From positions 1 through 64,000 of the IMG/VR virus record IMGVR_UViG_3300042391_001456: DNA of 64,000 bases; one strand, 5' to 3'. Both the position numbers and the translations under genes were made by a program. Positions 58,976 to 64,000 of this stretch are shown one piece after another (the stretch's first letter is position 1; the number at the start of each line of letters is the position of its first letter). Under the pieces are notes generated by a model. The model was given only the letters and a program-made list of their open reading frames with translations. It was not told the DNA's origin and did not search any database. This DNA comes from a virus.

Positions 58976-59467
58976 ATGAGTTCTATTGAAGGTTTTAAAG
59001 GAGAATGGTCATTCTTATCGAATTTTTATCCATGTGAGATTCAATATGATGGATTAACTTATAAAAGTGTAGAACATTTTTATGTTGCTATGAAATTCAA
59101 TAATGAACAAATGATTAATGGGAAACATTATACTATTGGAGATTTTCGAGAAATGATTTCACTCACACCAAGTCCTGGTTTAGTTAAAAAAATTGGTCAA
59201 AAAATTATAATAAGATCTGATTGGGATATCAGAAAATTGAGATTTATGAATTGGGCAATTCGTGAGAAGTTTAAAGATATAAACTTATCAGAACTTCTTA
59301 TTGGCACAGAAGATATGGAATTAGTTGAGTCTAATAATTGGAATGATACTTTTTGGGGAGTTTGTAACGGAAAAGGTAAAAATCATCTTGGTAAAATATT
59401 GATGAAGGTTAGAGATGAGCTAAGAGGTGTTGAGAAAAAAACTGGTTTAGAAGAATTTTTTAATTGA
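58976..59467 (+). CDS. NADAR (YbiA-like) hydrolase
   Basis: FLSNFY, Y.SVEH...A.K, R.DW, KF...L..LL..T...LVE...WND.FWG...G.N.LG.ILM.VR. Confidence 0.92.
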   Translation: MSSIEGFKGEWSFLSNFYPCEIQYDGLTYKSVEHFYVAMKFNNEQMINGKHYTIGDFREMISLTPSPGLVKKIGQKIIIRSDWDIRKLRFMNWAIREKFKDINLSELLIGTEDMELVESNNWNDTFWGVCNGKGKNHLGKILMKVRDELRGVEKKTGLEEFFN

Positions 59468-59522
59468 AACTTATAGTTAAGTTATCTCTATAACTAAAGA
59501 AAAAATAAATATAGAAAGTAAT

Positions 59523-60476
59523 ATGTGCGCAATGATAAGTTATTTTGGTGGTAAGAGTTCAAATGTTTTCCACGAATTTATAAATAAAAAAATACCCAAA
59601 GATGGTAGTATAAAAACCTATTTAGAAGCATTTAGTGGTTCAATGGGTACTTACTTAGATGATGATTCTTTAAAATTTGACACGGTTATCTATAATGATA
59701 AAAACCGTCATCAAGTTAATTTGTATTATTGTTGTTCGAAACCAGAAGAATTTTTACCTTATTTAGAAAATCTTAAAAATACTTTATTAAAGACTGAAGA
59801 AACAGAAGTTTTAAAAAAGTGGGATTTCTATAAAGGTATTTATAAGGAGTATCAAAAGAATGATTTTTTAGATAATACTGATTTCCAAATTGGAGACTTT
59901 GAAAAGGCCGCTATTTATGCTTTTCTTATCACATCCGCTCACAACTCTGTGTACCCACGTGGAGCGGGCTTCAATGGTTACAAAAAAGATAAAGATAGAC
60001 TTAAATTGGAAGTTCTTATTGATAAATTAAAAAAGAACAAATATACAGAGAAGTTACAATCAATCACTGAGTATAATAACATCGATTTTGAAGAACTTAT
60101 TACTAAATATGATAGTGTGGATACTTATATCTATTTAGATCCACCATATGCAAGATTTAACGAAGGTAAAGGAGATGATGATGGTAAGAGATTGTTTTGG
60201 TACGGTTCTGATAAGGATGGTGTATTTGGTCCAGCTTCACATAGAAGACTTTTAGAGTTGATTAAAAAATCAGAAGCTAGATGGTCATTATCATATTACT
60301 ATTTTCCACTTTTAGAAGAGTTATTACCGAGAGATAAATATTTTTGGTTTGAGAAAGAAGTATTTAGAAGCTCTGCACAAGGTGGTAATAATGCCGATCT
60401 TAAAAAAGAACAAGAAAAAGGAGTTGAGTTATTGATATTAAACTACAATCCGGAGACTGGTGAAAAAATAAAGTAG
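59523..60476 (+). CDS. DNA adenine methyltransferase (Dam/D12 class)
   Basis: YFGGKS, EAFSGS, YND, YLDPPY. Confidence 0.9.
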   Translation: MCAMISYFGGKSSNVFHEFINKKIPKDGSIKTYLEAFSGSMGTYLDDDSLKFDTVIYNDKNRHQVNLYYCCSKPEEFLPYLENLKNTLLKTEETEVLKKWDFYKGIYKEYQKNDFLDNTDFQIGDFEKAAIYAFLITSAHNSVYPRGAGFNGYKKDKDRLKLEVLIDKLKKNKYTEKLQSITEYNNIDFEELITKYDSVDTYIYLDPPYARFNEGKGDDDGKRLFWYGSDKDGVFGPASHRRLLELIKKSEARWSLSYYYFPLLEELLPRDKYFWFEKEVFRSSAQGGNNADLKKEQEKGVELLILNYNPETGEKIK

Positions 60477-60479
60477 TTT

Positions 60480-61169
60480 ATGTATAGTGATTTAATAAAA
60501 GGAGTTAATGAATTATTAAGTATTGATACAAGAGACTTTTTAATTTTAGATGATACTATAACATCTAATAAGAATACTGTAAGTATTTCTGTTCATCTCA
60601 CAGCAAACGATTCAAATATAGAACAATTTGTTAGTCATGTTAAATATGAAGTTTTTAGAACTTTATATAAGTACATCTTTAAACAGATGAAATTTAATAA
60701 TAAATTTATTGATTTGAGAAATCTTAAATTTACTGAGAAATTAAATAGGACTAGTTTATTTTTATCTCAATTTAAATATAAAAACATATTGAGTAATAGT
60801 AGAATATCGACTGAACTACAAGATTCATTATCTTTTCATTTTTCTAAAATGAAACCAAATACATCCAGTGATATTTATGAAATAGGTAAGTATTTAGATT
60901 TTGAAGCTTATGTTGATCCATATCTTAGATATAGTGATGAAGAGATTTATTTATTTAATGATATACGATTTAATATAAATAACTTTCAATATGATGTTAT
61001 CAGTGAAGCAACTTTTACACCAAGATTGATGATTACTTATGATTTTTATTTTGAAATATTTGATAATGAAATAGTTTATATCATAGATGATGAGTTTCAA
61101 AAATCATTACCAATTCTATTATCTCAAATTAGAGACGAAAAAATAGATAAACTTATAAATGGCAATTAA
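60480..61169 (+). CDS. Truncated, degenerate major-capsid-protein paralog with C-terminal RDxK tag
   Basis: YEIG...YVDPYLRYSD..I.L and VISEATFTPRLMI match capsid YPVG...YVDPYMKYND..I.L and VISEATFAPRMLL; ends IRDEKIDKLINGN. Confidence 0.85.
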   Translation: MYSDLIKGVNELLSIDTRDFLILDDTITSNKNTVSISVHLTANDSNIEQFVSHVKYEVFRTLYKYIFKQMKFNNKFIDLRNLKFTEKLNRTSLFLSQFKYKNILSNSRISTELQDSLSFHFSKMKPNTSSDIYEIGKYLDFEAYVDPYLRYSDEEIYLFNDIRFNINNFQYDVISEATFTPRLMITYDFYFEIFDNEIVYIIDDEFQKSLPILLSQIRDEKIDKLINGN

Positions 61170-61419
61170 TCCACCAAATCCATTTCTTGTTAATTCATCG
61201 ACTAATCAGTCAATTCCACTTCTTATCAATTCATCGACTGGTGAATCGGCACTTATAGTTGACTCGGATGGTAATGTTATAGTTAAGAAATTAGTTTTAT
61301 TGGATGATAAAACTGGAAAGAAATGGGAGGTAAAAATTTCTGATGGTGAAATTTACATGGAGCCTCTTGAAAAATCTGATAAAAGAGATTTTAAAATAAA
61401 AAAGATTTTAAATGACTAA
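61159..61419 (+). CDS. Small protein with C-terminal RDxK tag (KRDFKIKKILND)
   Basis: ORF overlapping both neighbours. Confidence 0.75.
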   Translation: MAINPPNPFLVNSSTNQSIPLLINSSTGESALIVDSDGNVIVKKLVLLDDKTGKKWEVKISDGEIYMEPLEKSDKRDFKIKKILND

Positions 61420-61735
61420 ACACTTAGATAGAATATACAAAATGGGATTTATTGTAACATTAGATTGGAATATGTGTTTTACGATAACTTTACCACACTA
61501 TCATTCTCCAAATTTTGGTCATGAGTGTAATGTTTTAGTCTGTCAATTTGATGATACGATCATAAATATAAAATTTTCAGAGGTTGTTGAATATTGCTGT
61601 GATATTTTTTATGAATGGTATAATGAATATGTTCATATAATAGATGATACAACTCCAGAAGAGTTTAGTAAAATAACTTTAGGTAACATAACAACTCGTG
61701 TTAATAGAGACTTAAAATTAGATAAACTACTATAA
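61412..61735 (+). CDS. Small protein with C-terminal RDxK tag (NRDLKLDKLL)
   Basis: ORF followed by a bidirectional terminator at about 61738-61766. Confidence 0.75.
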   Translation: MTKHLDRIYKMGFIVTLDWNMCFTITLPHYHSPNFGHECNVLVCQFDDTIINIKFSEVVEYCCDIFYEWYNEYVHIIDDTTPEEFSKITLGNITTRVNRDLKLDKLL

Positions 61736-61767
61736 ACAAAAAGAGAGTCAAATGACTCTCTTTTTGT

Positions 61768-62040
61768 TTATCTTAATTTGTTAGTCCAATTACCAATTTT
61801 CCTTTGGGTAGTTAAATCTTTCATAGCTCCAAAATTAGCTGTTGGTTTATTCCAATCTATTAGTTTTCCATTCATGTGTGTTAACATAGGATCAGTACCT
61901 CTATATAAATCCATTACTTTTCTATTAGCATCATCTATATCATCTGCTTCAATTTCTACCACTTCATCATTTTTATTTAGAAGAGTGTAAGTATAAGTAT
62001 TTGACTCATTAAAATTAGTCCAATTTTTAATTTTATTCAT
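61768..62040 (-). CDS. Tagged small protein (MNKIKNWTNFNES)
   Basis: Start moved to ATG 62040. Confidence 0.7.
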   Translation of the reverse strand: MNKIKNWTNFNESNTYTYTLLNKNDEVVEIEADDIDDANRKVMDLYRGTDPMLTHMNGKLIDWNKPTANFGAMKDLTTQRKIGNWTNKLR

Positions 62041-62045
62041 AATAA

Positions 62046-62444
62046 TTATTTTCTTTTTAACCAATCTTCAAACATCATAGAATAATCACCGTCACTATCT
62101 AAACACTCACTTCTATATTGTCTATAAACTTTTAAACAAATTTCCTTTTCCTCTGGTGTAATTTCACCAGACTCATCATATCTATCAGAAAAAATACCTT
62201 CATTAGTTTCTTCTTCCATAGCATCTAACGTATCTTCAATTTCATCAACCGAATAATCAGTCAATTTATGAGTAACTGGATTATATTCAGTTCTCTTATT
62301 ACCTAAATGTTGTTGGTCTTCTGAATTAGGCTTTCTTTGAAGATCTGCCTTTGCTAATTTTTCCTTATCTGTTGCAAAGTCTTTAAAGTTAGAAACTTTT
62401 CTATCACCTACATTAAATGTTGGTTGGTTATCTCTATAATTCAT
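62046..62444 (-). CDS. Hypothetical protein with internal tag-like RKVSNFKDF
   Basis: ORF. Confidence 0.7.
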   Translation of the reverse strand: MNYRDNQPTFNVGDRKVSNFKDFATDKEKLAKADLQRKPNSEDQQHLGNKRTEYNPVTHKLTDYSVDEIEDTLDAMEEETNEGIFSDRYDESGEITPEEKEICLKVYRQYRSECLDSDGDYSMMFEDWLKRK

Positions 62445-62447
62445 ATT

Positions 62448-63152
62448 TTAATCTTTATTTTTTAATTTACTATCCAATAGTTTTGCTATATTTGATCCAA
62501 TAAAATAGTGTATATTATTTATTGTATCAGTTTCAACTGTTTTAATATCATCCATAAACTTAAATTGAAATTTATATTTATCAACATCATCTTTATCTTC
62601 GGCTTCTATTTTCCAAATAGATAGATCTATAAAGTAATTATTGTTTATGTTTATTTTAAAATCAAATGTTGTTTCATGACAAGGAGTTGTTTTAAATTTT
62701 GGACTATATTCCACATCAAATATTGAGTAGTCTGTGATTTTTGCTCTTTTCATATAATAGTTAAGAAATAAAGCTGGGGCCTCTATAAAATCTGAAAGTA
62801 TTTGTATATCTTCTCCAAAGTCATTTGAGTCAATTATATCTTTAATTTTTTCCTCCAAGTCTATGATATTTTTGAAATCAATTTTATGATAAACGCAATT
62901 TATATCATATAGATATAAAAATGTGTTATCAATTAAGTGTCTTTTACTATTATCTACTTTGAAAATAAATTTAGTATGTATTATTGTCGCATCCTCTGTA
63001 TTTAAACCATGTAAGGAAATAATAAGTTTAATAAAATCATCATTTTTTGGCGATTCATAAACAATATCCACTGTTGACACCAAACCTTTCTCCTCATCAA
63101 ATACATCTTTGTATAAGTTTTCTATTTCTGATATATTAATATTCATTTTCAT
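62448..63152 (-). CDS. Hypothetical protein
   Basis: ORF; start probably ATG 63152 or 63146, overlapping the upstream endonuclease stop. Confidence 0.7.
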   Translation of the reverse strand: MKMNINISEIENLYKDVFDEEKGLVSTVDIVYESPKNDDFIKLIISLHGLNTEDATIIHTKFIFKVDNSKRHLIDNTFLYLYDINCVYHKIDFKNIIDLEEKIKDIIDSNDFGEDIQILSDFIEAPALFLNYYMKRAKITDYSIFDVEYSPKFKTTPCHETTFDFKININNNYFIDLSIWKIEAEDKDDVDKYKFQFKFMDDIKTVETDTINNIHYFIGSNIAKLLDSKLKNKD

Positions 63153-64000
63153 TTTTATTTTTTTTAAAATCTGATTCCCATATAGATATAATACTATATC
63201 CACTCTTTATAAATAAATCTTCTCTTTCCAAAACTTTATTGTATAAATCTCCGAATTTCTTTTTGGAAACAGTATTATAACTTTCACTGTCATATATATC
63301 TAAATTACCATGCCAATAATCACCATAGAACTCATATATTGTCATTGTATTTGGATCATACCCATCTACAATATATTTTTTACCATCAATTGTTATTTTA
63401 TATTGCCTATCCATTTCCATATCAATACTATCTAACCACTCAGTCTCCATTTTAGAAATTATTTTAGAACATTTTGGACAACCCTTTTTGTGTATTAAAT
63501 GATTATTTGGTGTTTGATTAAAATTTCCATGTTTTCTACATTTTATAATTACTTTAGTTGAATGATTTATGTAGCTAACAAGACTATAATCATACAAACC
63601 ACCATGCACAACAATGGATCTATTTATGAAACTACTTTCTGATATTCTGTGACTTTCACGAGCACACTTAGGACATCCTTGTCCACTAAGGTGTTTAAAA
63701 GCCATTTGAGTAAATTCGCCATGTTTTTTGCATATAATATTAATTTTCTTTTTCATTGATTTGAAACCGATATTATCATATGAATATAAATTACCATGTA
63801 CTTTTCTTAATTCATTTAATATTTGTAATTGAGTTGGATTTCTATTTTCATCATAACATTTTTTACAACCCTGTCCTATCATATGAGCCTGAGCTCTTTG
63901 TTCAAACAACCCATGTTTTTTACATATAATTTTAATCTTATCCTTAGAATATTTATAATCAACTATGGAATAATCATACAAATCACCATGCATTGATTTA
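63136..64000 (-). CDS. Homing-endonuclease-like protein with repeated HG..YDYS...C.KHG.F.Q....H..G.GC.KC zinc modules and a Vsr-like nuclease domain; 5' end probably outside the window
   Basis: Three repeats, then VDGYD...IYEFYGDYWHG...GY.I..IWE; frame stays open to the window edge. Confidence 0.85.
   Translation of the reverse strand, partial: KSMHGDLYDYSIVDYKYSKDKIKIICKKHGLFEQRAQAHMIGQGCKKCYDENRNPTQLQILNELRKVHGNLYSYDNIGFKSMKKKINIICKKHGEFTQMAFKHLSGQGCPKCARESHRISESSFINRSIVVHGGLYDYSLVSYINHSTKVIIKCRKHGNFNQTPNNHLIHKKGCPKCSKIISKMETEWLDSIDMEMDRQYKITIDGKKYIVDGYDPNTMTIYEFYGDYWHGNLDIYDSESYNTVSKKKFGDLYNKVLEREDLFIKSGYSIISIWESDFKKNKNENEY

Noticed and set aside
59925-59950. Intein end (AHN/S) in the methylase
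   Set aside because: No N-terminal splicing block and the protein is of normal Dam length
5158-61990. Short antisense or nested ORFs in the track (e.g. 5158, 8336, 13834, 16782, 22792, 38881, 39641, 52932, 57387, 61778)
   Set aside because: They overlap well-supported genes and have no promoter, motif or plausible composition
1-64000. Stop-codon reassignment as in some huge phages
   Set aside because: Core genes are full length in the standard code, and TAG and TGA end genes at the expected places (4685, 25771, 7415)

Overview
A 64-kb, very AT-rich segment of a large T4-related (jumbo/huge) myophage genome in the standard genetic code. The host is most likely Bacteroidota: six TAnnTTTG promoters, no Shine-Dalgarno sites, a Bacteroidota-type ClpS and a Bacteroidota-like tmRNA resume context. 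It carries the T4-like core in scrambled order: gp47, gp19 tube, gp55 late sigma, gp4, gp2, gp20 portal, gp26/gp51, a 1840-aa gp18 sheath, gp16/gp17 terminase, gp25, gp44, gp15, gp13, gp32, a gp21 protease-scaffold fusion and gp23 capsid. Accessory genes include RNase R, ClpS, CorA, a cyanophycinase-like peptidase, NFACT-R, M15 and M28 peptidases, NADAR, a Dam-like methylase, homing-endonuclease-like genes and a tmRNA. The most notable signals are: (1) a family of at least 14 N-terminal and several C-terminal/internal 'K-[YHF]-[LI]-K-x-F-E' tags on late genes, resembling the T4 capsid-targeting sequence and the 14-aa scaffold repeat; (2) a second tag, R-[DE]-x-K-[IL]-x-x-[IL], on six unrelated, mostly non-late genes, two of which are degenerate paralogs of this phage's own capsid protein and prohead protease (possible decoys); (3) a tmRNA with a long tag lacking the C-terminal Ala-Ala and with an abnormal T-loop; (4) an unannotated structured-RNA candidate with its own late promoter; (5) a candidate +1 frameshift joining the gp26- and gp51-like ORFs. 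All family calls come from motif recognition by eye; no database search was run.
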